Notes: generated from the sequence alone by a model not told the origin. Numbered from the stretch's first letter, positions 12,332-26,110 are shown. The stretch: 64,000 bases of DNA from Phoronis australis (GCA_002633005.1 NMRA01000863.1:23600-87599); one strand, 5' to 3'. Numbers and translations are program-made.

Positions 12332-14550
12332 TGTAGTCTGCTTGGCTCGTATGGCGATATTTCAGGCTGCAAAAGAATCATGGCATTTTCAGTGTCATGG
12401 ACAGTGTTAAGTATCATACATACATAGACTTTATAGCTGCTTTTCACCTTGTTAAACTGGATGAAAAGAGGTCTTTCATTCTCATCAAAACCGCCCTCTT
12501 TATAATGGTTGACATGAGAGCATTCCAGTCCCGATACAAAACCAACAGGCACTGCATGTACATATGTCATTGTGGAAGTTGAAAATCTTACATTTTTATC
12601 CCGCTAAATAGAGCAAAATGCAGCTCCACTTTAATTGTAACCTTTTTGAGATCCTTCCTTCAAGGAGTTGGGTCCCTGATTTGAGTCGTGTTTTGATTAA
12701 TGCGAACTCTTGGCGCATAATCCCAGAAAAAATCCTATGGCAAGCGACACTACATATACATGACCTTAAAACAAATTTGTCTTGTGATACATCTCAAATC
12801 TCTATAACAACTTTGTGTTTTACATGCAACTCACGCATTAACTGGCAGGCAATGGAATTGTGTATACGTAGTGATGGTGGCCTGGTAAAATACAAAATCT
12901 CGGCGAAAGTTCGCAAGAATACGATATGTTGGGGTTTGCGTTTTTTATTAATAAATTTCTTTCTATGTACGTGAGATATACATTTGACGGAGAATGCTAT
13001 TCATTACAAATTATTAGGAAATCGACAGAAGGTAACACACCAGACTTTCGTCTTCACATCATTTCATATTGTACATGTACTTCACAATCCCTGTATCAGC
13101 CGTTTGAACCATGCGCAGACAACAGAATGATGCAAGTGAGCAAAAGATGCTACCACCGATCACGAGTCGAAAAAAGATCAACCCTTAGAAGAAAAACCAG
13201 ACTTGGCGATCTTAGTGTTATTCGTAAGAATCATGTGAAAATCATTCTTTGCCTATGGATATGTGATTTTTATTTGTACGTCGTGTGATGTTGTGATTCG
13301 TACCTAAGATGTTGCGGTTTGCAAGCATGATGCTCTGTGCTGTACCTAAGGTATCGTGGTTCCGTGGTAAGATTTAATGCTGACGATTTTCATGGGTTCT
13401 GGTGTATTGTTCAAAGTTCGTGCGTGTGATTGTCTGATGCATTGGGTTGCAAACTAAGAAATTATAAATAGCTGATCGATAGTCATTCATAGATAGGAGT
13501 TCGTTGTCCGTTTTTATAACCGACAGACTCGTTAGTTTCGTTGAATTTGATCGAACTTTTGTATCTAAAGTGAACAATTTATAACGATATTCCAATTTAG
13601 TCAGATTTAACCATACAGTGACTTAGAAGTGTTTCTGTTGTTTTGTAGTTGCTTCCCATTTATCATAACTGAAAAAATACATCGGTACAGTATGTGCTTC
13701 TTTCCAAACGTGTCTCGAGTAATTTTTAGAGCTTTTCTGTCTGAAAATCCTTTCAATAATTGATAATTTCTCTTGAATATTCCGAGCAATTAGCCATTGT
13801 AAATTAAGCTATTTAAAATATATTACGTTCAAGTGCAATACATCTACATGTAGAACATTGTTACTACAAAGCTATATATTGTGTTTTAATGATTAATTAC
13901 TTTTAGTGGAGTTTCGGAGCGGAAACTTTTCGTTTTCTACTTTGAAAAGCAGGTGGACAGATCAGCGGTTTTGGTTTTGCACGAAATTGATGAATTAGAA
14001 AAGGTAGAAATACGAACAAGGGTTTTGCTGAGAACAACCGACTCTTAGTTTACTGAGCGAATAAAATGGGGCCTTCACAGCTCTATGATCTTGTACAAAG
14101 CCACAAGGCGGAAGGTAGACAAGTCTCCTCCATATGTTATTGCCCTAAGGAAACACACGGTGAATTCATACATATCCTTCAGAAATCACGTGATATAAAA
14201 CGTGCACAAAGAGCCTGGAATTATTCAAATGACGTGCCATAGTTATGGAAATCTTTACATAGCTTGGAAAATTCATGACGGTGAAGAAGTATTATACTCT
14301 TTTGGGTTGAAAATGAAAAAGAGTTAGATTTTTTCTCTGGCGTTGAAACCGACAACTCTTTAAAAATAGAAACCAAAGAGTCCTATTGCCCTGTGCAAAA
14401 AAATTACTTTGCTAAGACAAATCCTAAATTTAGTTAAGATGAATCTTGAATTTGTCTAAAGTCCGTTAAAAGAAAGAGATCTTGAGTTTGACTTGATAGT
14501 TTTTTTACTTATATTTCGTATTCAGTTAGTCTTCAATCATACCAGATGTT

Positions 14551-14830
14551 CAAGTTTCAAAGCTTGAAGGTTGAGACAAATCTTGGCCTTAAGTCAAAAA
14601 TGAACTTAGTCAGTTTTTTGGAACTGCCGTTTGGCTTAAAAGGACTTATAGTTTAGTTTTTCTTAATTCTTTTGACTGCTACAAATACCAGCTTTATCAA
14701 TTATCGTTCACAAGAAATGAGGCATTTTACGGGTATTTTTAAAAAGAACAGATAAAATGATGTGGAAGTTTCAAAACTTGAAGGTTGAAACAAATCTTAG
14801 CCTTAAGTCAAAAATGAACTTGGTCAGTTT
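14551..14830. repeat. Direct duplication of ~65 bp, ~215 bp apart
   Basis: AAGTTTCAAARCTTGAAGGTTGARACAAATCTTRGCCTTAAGTCAAAAATGAACTTRGTCAGTTT at ~14552 and ~14766. Confidence 0.8.
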
Positions 14831-15163
14831 CTCATTGTTGACGATTTCTCTGGCCTCTGCACTGTTGTTGAAAAAAAAATCAGTTCTTTTCGTTTTAAGG
14901 TACTGAAACAAATCTTTGTCAGAGAACTGATGTCATTGATCAAAATAGGTGTCTTGTTCTTAGTGTTTACTATCCAAGTCCACTTGCATGATACGACTGA
15001 GAAGAGTGTAACATTTAAGCCTTCTCACTCACTCACTGACCTATCCATCCGAACAATGGACCGCGTATCTGACATTTCAATGCACATTTGTTGTCGCCAC
15101 TGACAGATAGTCTACACATACACAAAGTAAAATTATTTCGAAAATCTAGAAGAACATACTTAC

Positions 15164-15223
15164 CAAATTGTCGCAACTAGTTTCGAGTCAGTGTGTAGAA
15201 ACAATGTGTTGGCCACTTATATA
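15164..15223 (-). promoter_or_regulatory. TATA box + short non-coding exon 1 of paralog 1
   Basis: Minus-strand TATATAA (15223-15217), then ~53 nt ending GCGACAATTTG|GTAAGTA. Same layout at 28692-28754. Confidence 0.6.
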
Positions 15224-15570
15224 ATCTATCAAACAGCGTATACCCGCACTATACCTATCTTAATCTATTCGAACCCACTCGTATCTGCAGCAAATTATTC
15301 GATTACTGATGTGTCCTCGAAGAAATGCATGCACAGTGGCTACAAAAACACGGTGTTTAACATGTATATAATCTATCAAGCGGCTAATATCCCACATTAA
15401 GCCGATCTTAATCTACTCGAACCCCTCGTATCTCCAGCATATTTTTCGATTACTGACGTTTACCCGAAAAATTCATGCATAGTCGCTACAAAAACATGGT
15501 GTTTAACATTGATATAATCTGTCGAGCTGCTAATATCCTGCATTGAAGCCGGGCTTAATCGATTCGAACG
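15217..15570. repeat. ~147-bp tandem repeat x ~2.4 overlapping the paralog-1 promoter
   Basis: Units begin TATAATCT at ~15220, ~15367 and ~15513 and share TTAATC..TCGAAC..CTCGTATCT..CGATTACTGA..GCTACAAAAACAYGGTGTTTAACAT. Confidence 0.8.
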
Positions 15571-15915
15571 TCAGACCAAGACGAGATTTCGTCGTGCTCA
15601 CTGGTGTCGTAGGCCTACTCGAAAAAGCGTATTTAATGTCTCATTTCGAGTAGACTCCAAACGCGTACTCAGATCTCAGAACCGTACTCGAGTTGCTATG
15701 GAACACTTCAGTTATGATGTTAAATGCAAAACCACGACAAGTCACGCTGATTCAGCGCTCCCTATATTGGCATCGACTATCCTAGCAACTATGTTATCGT
15801 CAGCTCTCGTTACAATTACAGGAGTATAACGTGGAATGGTGAGTGTTCTGTTACTGATCAATACGCTATTGTCCTACCATTTCTTGATACATTTGTAGAA
15901 TATAAATAGGTAAAT

Positions 15916-16147
15916 AAAACAACAGGAATGGATCAACTGAGATTTTCGGATGTAATAACGTCCTTTGTCAACAGAAACAGAAATAAAGTAAAATCAAACA
16001 CTAGATGACAATTGACATTTAAGATATGGTGTAATGAATATGATACATTTTTGCGTAAAAAAATTCAATTGCCATTTTATTTCTGTTTCTGTTGACAAAG
16101 GACGTTATCACATCCGAAAATTTCAGTTGATCCATTCTTGTCGTTTT
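15916..16147. mobile_element. MITE with ~70-bp inverted arms
   Basis: GAATGGATCAACTGAGATTTTCGGATGTAATAACGTCCTTTGTCAACAGAAACAGAAATAAA and its near-perfect reverse complement at ~16077-16140. Confidence 0.75.
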
Positions 16148-16444
16148 GGCATGGTCACACCAACGATTGACGGCACATTGAAATTATCTTTTTCATTAAT
16201 GCGGTGGTGGGCCGGTGACCTCAGAACGGGAGTCGGGTACCATAGGCCTACCACCAGCCTGCAACCAAATTGCACAATTTCTTTGACGGGAGGTCGAATT
16301 TCAAAAGTTTGTACCTTAATTGCCAGCGGTGGTGTTCTTTTCTAGTAAACCGGTTGTCCACGTCAGCCCGAAACTCCACTGAGTCGACATTTGGGCCGCA
16401 GTTGTTTGGTTACTGGTCAACCCCTGTTCTCTCTTGCATGAAAC

Positions 16445-19400
16445 CAGGAAGAGATAACCAGGAAGGGACAACTAGTTAAACCGCCGTTTTTGGCCTCCTT
16501 CCCCGGACTAATTTCAGGACTTCAGTTTCGTTTAAAAGGAAACAGATGATTTTATCAGAGAGATTAAAGCTTTTTCTATAGAAAGATATCAAAAAACTCA
16601 CTTTGCAACGTTAAACAGTGGTGTAAATGTACTTTGAAAATATCGACTTCAGCGCACGTAATCGCAACTTCCCACACGCAGTCACGGGTATTTAAGCTTT
16701 TCCGTCGATGTATAGATGGCGCAGTAGTCAATTACTCTCTCAATTTGCATATCAAATTTGCATGTGGGAGTTCTGAGACTCTCGTCAGTTGTTGGTCCAG
16801 CGCTTGAGAGAATAAAGCGGTGACCTCCCGCTGAGAGCACGCGCTCATGAAGATACCACTGCTAACTCGATCGCTTCGCAATCAGGAGGTGAAAACACTC
16901 GCATGACCGCAGTTCTGAATTCCAGCTAAGCAAGCCTTATTTCGAGGAGCGGACTTTGAATTGTTTTCGTCCCCTGACAGTGGATCGCAGAGATTAGATA
17001 GAATGAGGTAAACATCGAACTTTCTGCGGCTACCTATCGTGTTGACAAAAGTTTGAAGTGTCAGAACCATAGACGGAGTGCGCGGGATTTCTGTGATTCC
17101 TGTTCTTCAGTTGACGAAAGCATTGCTATCGGCATAAAGAATGACCGTGGGAAATTCATTTTGAGGTGGACACCTGTATCCAAGAATAAATATTAATACT
17201 CTGTAATATCTCACCCTCCGCGTTTCGTTTCTTAGACGTTGCTTGAGGTTGCGGTATCGTGAAACAACACCGTCGGGTGAGAGAAGTTGCACCGAATAAT
17301 TGGAATTGGCTGCAGTTCTTTCCTTTAGAATGCCCGGACTCAACTGTGCCGTTTTCTTGGCAAGTCTCTTGCCTGCAGAAATTTTTCTGAGCATTGAAGA
17401 CATCGACCTTCTCTTGCGCCAATCAACCTTTTATCTGCTACAGAAATGTTATGCCTAATTTTCTACCATTTTAGCACACTTTGTGGCTCTGCCATAATCG
17501 TAATACTGAATTCCGTTACAGTATGCATACTTGGAAGTTAGTTTTGCTAGATGTTTTTCCAAATTAAGCCACAGCAGTTGTTCATAATTAAATGCCTCAA
17601 ATTCCTCGACGCCATGGACATTTCCGTCAACACAAAACGCACCCTTTCCATTCTTAAAAATTCGTATTTGTGCTATAATTGCTTCGAAGGACCGGCAGTA
17701 ACCGTGGCTGGAATGTCGGCAGCTTCGCGACTAAGTATACAGCTAACTCCTGTTGAAATTCTCCATACTTCCAAATTCTTGTTTGCAGGTGCTGGTAATT
17801 GCCTTCAATAGTTTTCATAATAAGAGACTAGAAATGCGAGTTGTCACTGCCTTACATTTGCAATGGCCACCTTGCTACATTCGACTTGCGCAATAGCCGA
17901 ATTAGTGTCCACATTTGTGGTCACGTGCCGGATACAGGCCCATGAGACAAGTTGCAGCAACAAATTCAGTACGAATCCATCAACCGTTTTACACGCACAA
18001 TTAAATGTGCAAAACTGCTCCTGTATTTCTCAAACCTTTAATTTAATGCTCAAGCTATACAACGAGTGCGTGTTGAAACACAACATTGACCTTGGACCAA
18101 CGAAAGACTCCTTGCATCAGGACCTTAGTAAGCGGGGGGAGGGCGAGTGCCACCCAAAAAAATTGCATGCCTCAGGGTCAAACCATGGCAACCGACAAAG
18201 ATGTGGGGCTGGGGAAAGACAAAAAAGAAAGACTTCGAATACTGATCAGAGGGAAAATTCAAGAGAACATTGACAACTCGGTATCAGTGTATGGTTTACC
18301 ATTTGAGGGCCCTGGCCAGGACAATTGTTGCTAGGGTCTCCGTTTTTGCAGCATAGGTCGTCTAAGCGCCCTTGAAAATGTGCATTTAATCATTCATACA
18401 TGTATTTCGAAAAGTCGAGAAAATTTGTGAAGCAAAAGTTTTGCGGAGCGCATTAATTCAGTCCAAGTTTTTCAGTGGTCCATAGGCTGTGCACTACAGG
18501 GGGCTGAAGGGGCTTTAGCCCCCATGTTTGTCAGTGCTGCGCCCTCTATACACCTCCGACATGACACTGCCAACTACTCACGAGGGGAAGTTGAGATTCC
18601 AAATTCACCAAAAACACAAAACACTCGTGCACAGCACAGAAGCTGTCTTGTAAGAAATGGCGATGCGTCACTGAACTTAGTTGAAGGCTGAAGGCTGACT
18701 TGCAAAAATTCGATCCATCATCAGACCACCATATCGCAAAGGACACTAAACGACAACAGTGATATTCATGAATGTCGGGCAGCTCTAAATGCTTTATTGA
18801 ATTAAAAAGTAAACTAATGAAATTCAAAAATTTATAAACCGTAGATCGAAAAAGAAGTTCAAGTCATTGCTCATAACTTTGCACTTCCTTGATGCTGTAG
18901 TCCCCAGTAGTATTGTGCAATGAATTTAGGTTCTTCTGAACAGAATCGTTTGCTTGCCATTCCCGTGCATACTGCAAAGGCTGGACACGTCGTGACTCAG
19001 TGACGCACCCACAGTAAAGGTGTAGTCCTGCAGTAGGCTGCCCGCGTAGAATCCGCTCACAGTGATTGACGGGAAAATAACTTGAACTGCAGGGGTTTAA
19101 CATGAAGTGTGTGCATTTTTGGGACACGAGTTCATTTTCCCAGCCCCCCGGCAGAAGCTGGACCAGTGGCCGTGTTTCAACAAGAAATTTTGATACAGCT
19201 CTACAGGCCAAGGATTTCGTGATCATACCTTTCAAAAAATTTTCAGGAAATGACCGTATTAAAATGAACTTTTCCCGAAACTGGGTCAAAAAACGACCTT
19301 TGACCCAGAACACGGGTATACACTGTAGGTTCGAGTTAAGCCGCACGTCTCAAATGAATCATAGCGGAGCTGACCAGCGACTAGCATTAGTTCGTCGAAT

Positions 19401-19993
19401 TGAGCATGCATGGATCAGACTTCGGCGGCGACGCCACGACACCGGTTACCGTGGCGGGAGCAGCTAATTTCTTGGCTAATTTCTTGACAAAATAACACGA
19501 CCTGCTTCTAAATCTGGATTTAAGCAAAATGACGAAGTCCACTCATACACACATGCAAGCGTATCCAAATACAATTGAAGGTATTTTCATGTGAAACCAT
19601 TCAATGTTCTAATTTTCTTAGATCTACCCAATCAGGTAGAACTGCGTTTCAAGGGATTCACTATAAGCACCTGAGGGTTCAAATTGGAAGCTCGCGTCGT
19701 ATGACGTCATATGACGCAGGAGATGCGAGCCTCATTTGCATATATTAGTGACATCTGTTGGTTCAAAAAAGAGGATCATTGCCCGAGTACATGCCTGGGA
19801 AGAGGCATCTTGTGGAAGGGTAAAACATGTCATGTTCAAAGCATCCTAGTGCCATTAATATGCAGTCTTTGAGTTAAGCTTTCAAACACAATGCTTGGAT
19901 TCCAGACGACTTTAACATTTACTTTTGAAATCACGTTTGAAAATACGTTAAAATGCGCTAAAACAGTTGTCCCTTCCTGGTTATCTCTTCATG
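16445..19993. mobile_element. Non-autonomous P-element-like transposon, copy 1 (3.5 kb)
   Basis: TIR CA(G/T)GAAGAGATAACCAGGAAGGGACAACT, similar to the start of the Drosophila P TIR (CATGATGAAATAAC). 7-bp TSD ATGAAAC/ATAAAAC (1 mismatch). No transposase ORF recognised. Confidence 0.8.
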
Positions 19994-22900
19994 ATAAAAC
20001 CCATTGCCGCGTAAGCCTATGCTGATGTCAAAACTTTGATACTGAATGTGTGTCTTTTACCGGGTTGAATCAAGTTAGTTGACAATTAGTGGCGCGTGAG
20101 TTAAAAACACTACATGTAGTACACTAGACCTACATGTATAGGCAGGCATGCCGAGCTCATCAGTGAACGGGACGAGACGTCTGCTCATAAATCGGCAAAA
20201 AAACCTGGAATATCATTCGGGGATTGAGGAATTATTGATGACTAAACTATTATTTGAAATCTGACAGGGAAGCAAATTGTTTTCATTAACTTTCCTAACC
20301 GTACAAACTGTTGCACACGCACTTCGTCTTCAATCACGGCAATCCCCACCCCACAGCTGCTTTGACCCTTGTAATGACTCGTCGACTGGACATGGGATTA
20401 ACATTCGTCACTTGCCAGGAATCGTAGTAAGAAGGACTTTAAAAATGGCGGCAATGAAGTGCAGTGAGTATGAAGTGTGAGTCTTAGTATGATTCGAGTC
20501 TGAATACGGAGATTGGAGACCGGGGCCAGGTAAACCAGAAGCACATGTCTTGGATTGTATTTTTAAAATTATAATTTAAATAAGATACTGAGAATTTGTA
20601 ACATATTTTTTCTCGTCTTAATAATTGAAAACGGCAGCTAAATATAATAATCTCTTCTGCATACAAACTATCCCAGAAGCAATAGAGAGGAACTCGTGGG
20701 GGCATGCGCATTGAGATTTGCACATTCGCTATTGGACGTTTTGTTGTATTTAGACGTATGAGCACACGGGATTTCGAACATTCAACGTTTCATCGTTGTA
20801 GTTTGTCCTCTTTGTATTTCAATGACACCGAAGCAGATGTCACAGGAAAGGTCTGATTTAATTTTAGAAGCTCATCAACTTCGACTGACAAAGCGATTTG
20901 TTATTTTTCACACGCATGTTTTTCAGTCATTCAATTCAAATTTTCAGGAAACCCTTGCCTGTTTGAAGCAGCTGTTTGTTCAAAACCATTCTATCCGGTA
21001 TATCGTTTGCCTAATTTTGGTCAAATTTCTAGAAACGTGACGTGGGTGAGATTTTTCATGGCTTCTGCCGTGCGCCAAATAGCACATTTTGGCGAAAGAC
21101 ATTTTAGTACACAGGTGCATGTTGATTGCATGGAAAAGCTTTTGAGTAACCTCAAAGGGTATAGCTAGTTAAGAATCTTGATAATACATACCAAGTTAAG
21201 TAATGCATAAAATGCCATAATGTTTACCTCCTTCATGATATCAAATTAAAAAGCTTTTTGAGACCGATTTTGTACCTCGGCTGAGATCAGAAAATCATTG
21301 AATTTTCCCGTCTATTTTCGTGACGCGGGTTCACTGTGCATCAGTTGAGGAACGACTCCTCAATGACGGCCATGTCCTTGAAAACGTAATAGTGTCATCG
21401 TGAACGTAAAAGCTGTGTTATATTGTTTGATTGTTTTTGATTCTCATGTTGGTTCTTTTGATACAAACTTAATTATCTAGTTTCTAAATTTGATCTGCTC
21501 TTTGCATATGACAATTGGTATTTAATGTTATCATATGTCTGTGAATACGTCGCATCCCTCGGCGCAGACAACACTACCGAGGTGCCCTGACTCATCGTGA
21601 GGGTACGTCAAATTGCAGCAACAGTACCCCTTCTGGTAATGAATTAGAAGAAAAAATTTCTAGATCGACAAACGTCTGCATATCGGTGTAATTATTATTC
21701 CTTGGTATAATCTGAAGTAGAAAATTTCACTCAACTTTCGGGAAATTGTGTCCGTGCAAATGCATATTTCGACCTCTGACTTCAGACCGCCGAAGCAGTG
21801 CCAAAGATACTCTTTGGCAGTGCCGTTCGAAATCTCTGTTAACTAGTTTAGATCTATGAAAATTCATGAAATTTAGCTGAGTGAGCTTTTTGGAGGTATT
21901 TAGTGTAGACCTACAGGATGAACTAACTCTGACAAAAAAATCAGCTCCACTACAAGCCCAGACTAAATGCTTTGTAATGCAGTGCTTTAATGGCACGCGG
22001 GTGAGTGGCTCCCAGACAGATGATCGTCTTGTCGGTTTATAAAAAAACTAAAAATACGCTCTATGCAATTTTAAAGGTTAATGGCTGTATACTCCCAAGT
22101 AGCATAAAGGAAATAATTTCCAAACTTTTTACATTGTCTATATGTCAGTGATTATCTTTTTGACTGAACCGACAACACCTCACAGGTCTTAGCACTCCTT
22201 GGAAATTTCAGCCAAAGCAATAGGAATTTTGTCAGCGAAATGACTTATATGACCGTTAAAGCCATTTCTGGGTCACGGGTTTATACTGCATTATGTTAGC
22301 AAAATTTTGAAACCTCGTTAGTATTTAAAATTTCGAATTATATTCTGAAAATTTCCCGGCAGCGAGCTTTTGTTTACATATCGCCCATCACCAATATGGC
22401 GGATCGTGACGCGCTGCTTGGTCGTCTCATTGATCATGATCATGGTATGGAACGCCACTTATTGGCCATTCTCTTTTTATCGACAACTCAGTGACTGTTC
22501 TTTTTCCACAGTTGTGTAAATTTCATAGCGTATTATTGTTATGAGGTTTTAGTGAAGAATCGACAAGAAAATAGCAAAACGCCGCGTTTGTAACGAGCGA
22601 CACTAGTTCTCAAGACGAAACCTTTTTGTTAATCAAATTAGGAGGATGACGCAACATGACTTTGATCTCTATCACATGGAATTGTTTTCGTGGTAACTTG
22701 AATTTTGTGCTCGTCCTCTTAGTGCCGCGGTGTTAGGTGTGGAACAATTGCATAATTTTGTGCATTCAAATTACATTAATGAATCGGAGAACTTCTAGCG
22801 GAAACCCTAGCGCCGATATCACGTTAAGTTATTATTGCTATTACTTAATGTACGTCTAGCTACAACAGCTCAAAAAGCAGGTGACGAAAACACGCTTACT

Positions 22901-24018
22901 AGAGTATGTTCAGTCTTAAACTGGTGCTTTGGGCACTGAATGGGATCAGGGTCAGAGGCGAGGAAAGCAAATAATCTGCCGATCAATGAGGTCGAGTTTG
23001 TCGCAATCAACCAGCTCTTGCAATTCATGACAGAAGAAAAGAAAAGTTTACAGTACTCATTGTGTCTCTTTATTCAGTGTATATTTCCACATATCTGGAT
23101 TATGGCCCAATGTAGGGACAGGTTTTACTGATTAACGTTCTCAATACCCCCTTGTAGGCATAGGTACGTTGAGGCGAAGATCGGTGTCTGTATTTCTCTC
23201 GACGTCCAAGAATCTCTTTTCATTGTTGATCGTGCGGCGCTCGACTTTGGCCGCCTTGGCTGGATCAGTGCAGCAAGCCTTAGCTTCCGTGACGCTAAAA
23301 CAACAATGACCTTTTTTATTCGATTGCCCGCGGGAAAATGTGAAACAACGAATCCAAGCTGGGTACCTAAACTACACGGTTGACGGGTAAACACGGTCAC
23401 GGACGCATGAACACGACTCACGGACACCGTCCACTGACTCACGAACACGGGAACGGACTCACCAACCCGACCCATTCACCCAAATACACGGGATACGGAC
23501 TCACATTCACGAAGAAACACCGTGGTTAACGAACCGCAAAAAACCATACGGTTTATGGACAAAATGTCAGCTGACCCAGGAATACGATGAGTCCGTGACC
23601 CGTGTTTGGCGGTCCGTTAACCGTGTTCCTCGTGAATACGAGTCAGTGTCCCGTGTATGTGGGTGAATGGATCGTGTTTTTTGAGTCCGTTACCCGTGTT
23701 TGTGAGTCAGTGGACGGTGTTTGCAGGTACGTGAGTCGTGTTCATGCGTCCGTGACCGTGTATTTTAGGTACCTTGGAATCTAGAAAAATATCGATGTCA
23801 CATACGGCCAGTTTGAACTCAGAAATCTAGTTGTGCAGGTGCGTAGTATGCCCTTGCTTTTTTACGAGTCATAACAGTAGGCCGTACTAGCATAACTGTT
23901 CATAGCTGTTATATTTTATGTGGTGAGAGGAATAAAAACTCAGCTCATGATGATAACAACTAGTCTAAATCTATTCCAATGTGGCGGCTTGCATTACAAC
24001 AACGTTTTCTTACAAATG
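19994..24018. repeat. ~4-kb duplicated block, uninterrupted copy
   Basis: Colinear and highly similar to 33195-35610 + 40759-41175 + 45221-46403 + 55187-55192. Confidence 0.9.
23362..23773. mobile_element. Foldback element (~410 bp) with long arms of CACGG/GACTCA sub-repeats
   Basis: GGTACCTAAA..ACACGGTCACGGACGCATGAACACGACTCACG is mirrored by CGTGAGTCGTGTTCATGCGTCCGTGACCGTGT..TTAGGTACC. Second copy at 45727-46162. Confidence 0.85.
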
Positions 24019-24736
24019 CGAGACTTAAACTAAAAACATACAAACATCACAATAGCAATAAAATGTAATGTGTGTACCGACAAGTACACGTGTACGGTAT
24101 ACGTGACTTCATAGCTACAAGCCTACCCTTACCCCTAACAGCAATGACATTGGAAGTTAAACAAAGCCAAGCCCTGTTTAGCCCATTTGTTAGCTGGGTA
24201 GACAATAGACAATCCTGCGGAAGGGGCGGAGCTCTCAAACTTCATAGTTTTAACAGGTTTGTCTAATGCTTTGATGTGGCATCTCTTGTGTAAAACGAAA
24301 TATTATTTCTGCAAGCTAGCTGGCTAATTGATTACTAACGTAGTACAATAGGCCAAAACAGGGCTTGACATTGTTTTGATGGATGATCGGATAGCGGTGC
24401 TGTTGAGATACCGGAAGTCACGTACGCGACTGAAGTCACGTATACAGTGCACGAATTCTCAGTTGTCGGCACAAGCATTACATTTTAATACTGTGAGCAG
24501 TTGTGTTGGTACGGGCCTTAGTGACAATGTTGTTCCCAGTGGCCTTTGATATTCATAGTGTTAGTACGACCGGAGAGTTGGAGTAATTAGTCTATCACGT
24601 TTCTTGTAAAAGTAACTGCACTTGTTGATCCTAAATTTTTAATGAAGAATGTAATTCTATCAAACGCCACCTCAGGTACAACTAATTATTAATGATGTAT
24701 AATTTTGGATGAATGCCTGACTAAATTATCGGCACA

Positions 24737-24832
24737 ATTGTCTGATGTACGTGCCCGAATTTTGAGAACCAGTTTTCCCCACGGGCATCAAACTGGTTCT
24801 CAAAATGCGGGCACGTTATATATCAGACGATT
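24737..24832. repeat. Near-perfect hairpin (mini foldback)
   Basis: ACGTGCCCGAATTTTGAGAACCAGTTT, 14-nt loop, AAACTGGTTCTCAAAATGCGGGCACGT; extended by TCTGAT/ATCAGA. Confidence 0.8.
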
Positions 24833-25272
24833 GCCAAATTATCTACAGCAACTGTGAAGGATCCATATTTGAAAAGTATTTGTCTTGATACGGTAGAAAT
24901 CTTTTGAATCATTGAAATTACTTCACTGTTGGTTTAAGTAGTCACTTATATAACCTCTCTACACTCTGTTAGATTTCGCATTTTGGCAACACTCTTGGAT
25001 TATAAAATTTAAAAAATTGGTTCAAAACTGTCAGGTTTACAAAACGATAATTGGCATGTACAAAGTAAACAAATCAACGCAAAAAAATTCCACGCATGCG
25101 CGGCGCAACCTCAGCAGCACGAGATCGAAATATCATCGCGTTACAGGGCTGCGATTTGAATGCTCAAACTGATAATTTTATAGGAAAGTCCAACCGGGTG
25201 TTAGCGAAGGAGGCATTGTGACTTTCATGCTCCCTGTGTATATTTATATTGCTGGATAACACAATCACTCAC

Positions 25273-25328
25273 GTAGCTGAGAACATCACGGTGACAATCA
25301 ACAGGGCAATGATGTATACCGTCTTCAT
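25273..25328 (-). CDS. Signal-peptide exon of secreted-protein gene, paralog 2 (MKTVYIIALLIVTVMFSAT); partial CDS
   Basis: Exon 25273-25363 with acceptor TTTTACAG and donor GTGAGT (phase 2); ATG at 25328-25326; homologous to 12273-12366. Confidence 0.75.
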
Positions 25329-25839
25329 TATCGTCTGTTTGGCTCTTCTGTTGATATCTCAGGCTGTAAAAGGACCGTGACATGTTCAGTCCCATGGAAA
25401 TAATTTTCAATACATGGTAAAATATATGTATCATACATACATACATTAATAAGTCACGTTTCGCTCAGTTTACTGAATAGAAACGAAAATCGAATTAGCC
25501 TTTCACTCAAAAACAATCGGTCTCATATTCCTTGCAATGAGAGCATTCCATTTATTATGTTAAATCAACAGGCAATACACAGGTGAGCCGATTTCAAAGT
25601 CGGAATTTTTAGTTTGTGCAATCTAAATAAACGCCGAACGTTCCACCATGACACTGTTTCTCAAAAGGAATTTTAATTATCAATACATCAAAAGTCTTAA
25701 GAGATTTAATAGCCTTTACTATACCTGTTGCGAAGAAAAAAAGGCAAAAAATAAAAAATCTTTTTCTGTTCTCGCGACGGTGCAATAATGAGGAGCGTTG
25801 TGAGGATAGTCCGGGAAGAATCGCCTTCTTCAGACATAA

Positions 25840-26110
25840 AAAGTTCGCTTGTGGAGGCTGTAGTAACAGCAACTGGACCGAGAACATCTCTGTGTTCAAA
25901 TTTCTTTAAGACGTGAAAGTTGCACAGAAATGGCATCGACTTTGTGCGCCGTACGAGTTTGTGGGATGTTAGTGTGGAACATACTATTTGGTCGGGAGCC
26001 ACCATTTGTTCGGCACATTTCAAGAAATCTTATTCAACCAAACACAAAAGCGCGGCGTTACGATGAAGGACTCGCCACCTTGAAAGTAACGCCAGTGCTT
26101 TCATTCTGGT
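25840..26110 (+). pseudogene. THAP zinc-finger remnant (Kolobok/P-type transposon relic)
   Basis: Conceptual translation ACGGCSNSNWTENISVFKFL*DVKVAQKW / DFVRRT..ATICSAHFKKSY fits the THAP C2CH pattern, with a stop and a frameshift. Confidence 0.75.

Noticed and set aside
13918-13945. ISRE/kappaB-like motif in paralog-1 intron 1
   Set aside because: Low-complexity match expected by chance in AT-rich DNA; no positional conservation seen in paralog 2.
15889-15903. CATTTGTAGAA as left TIR matching the block end TTCTTACAAATG
   Set aside because: Short AT-rich match with a gap and no target-site duplication.
22850-23310. Possible decayed transposase-like coding sequence (DENTLTRVCS..EFVAINQLLQFM)
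   Set aside because: Too short and disrupted to assign; similarity between the two copies only reflects the duplication.
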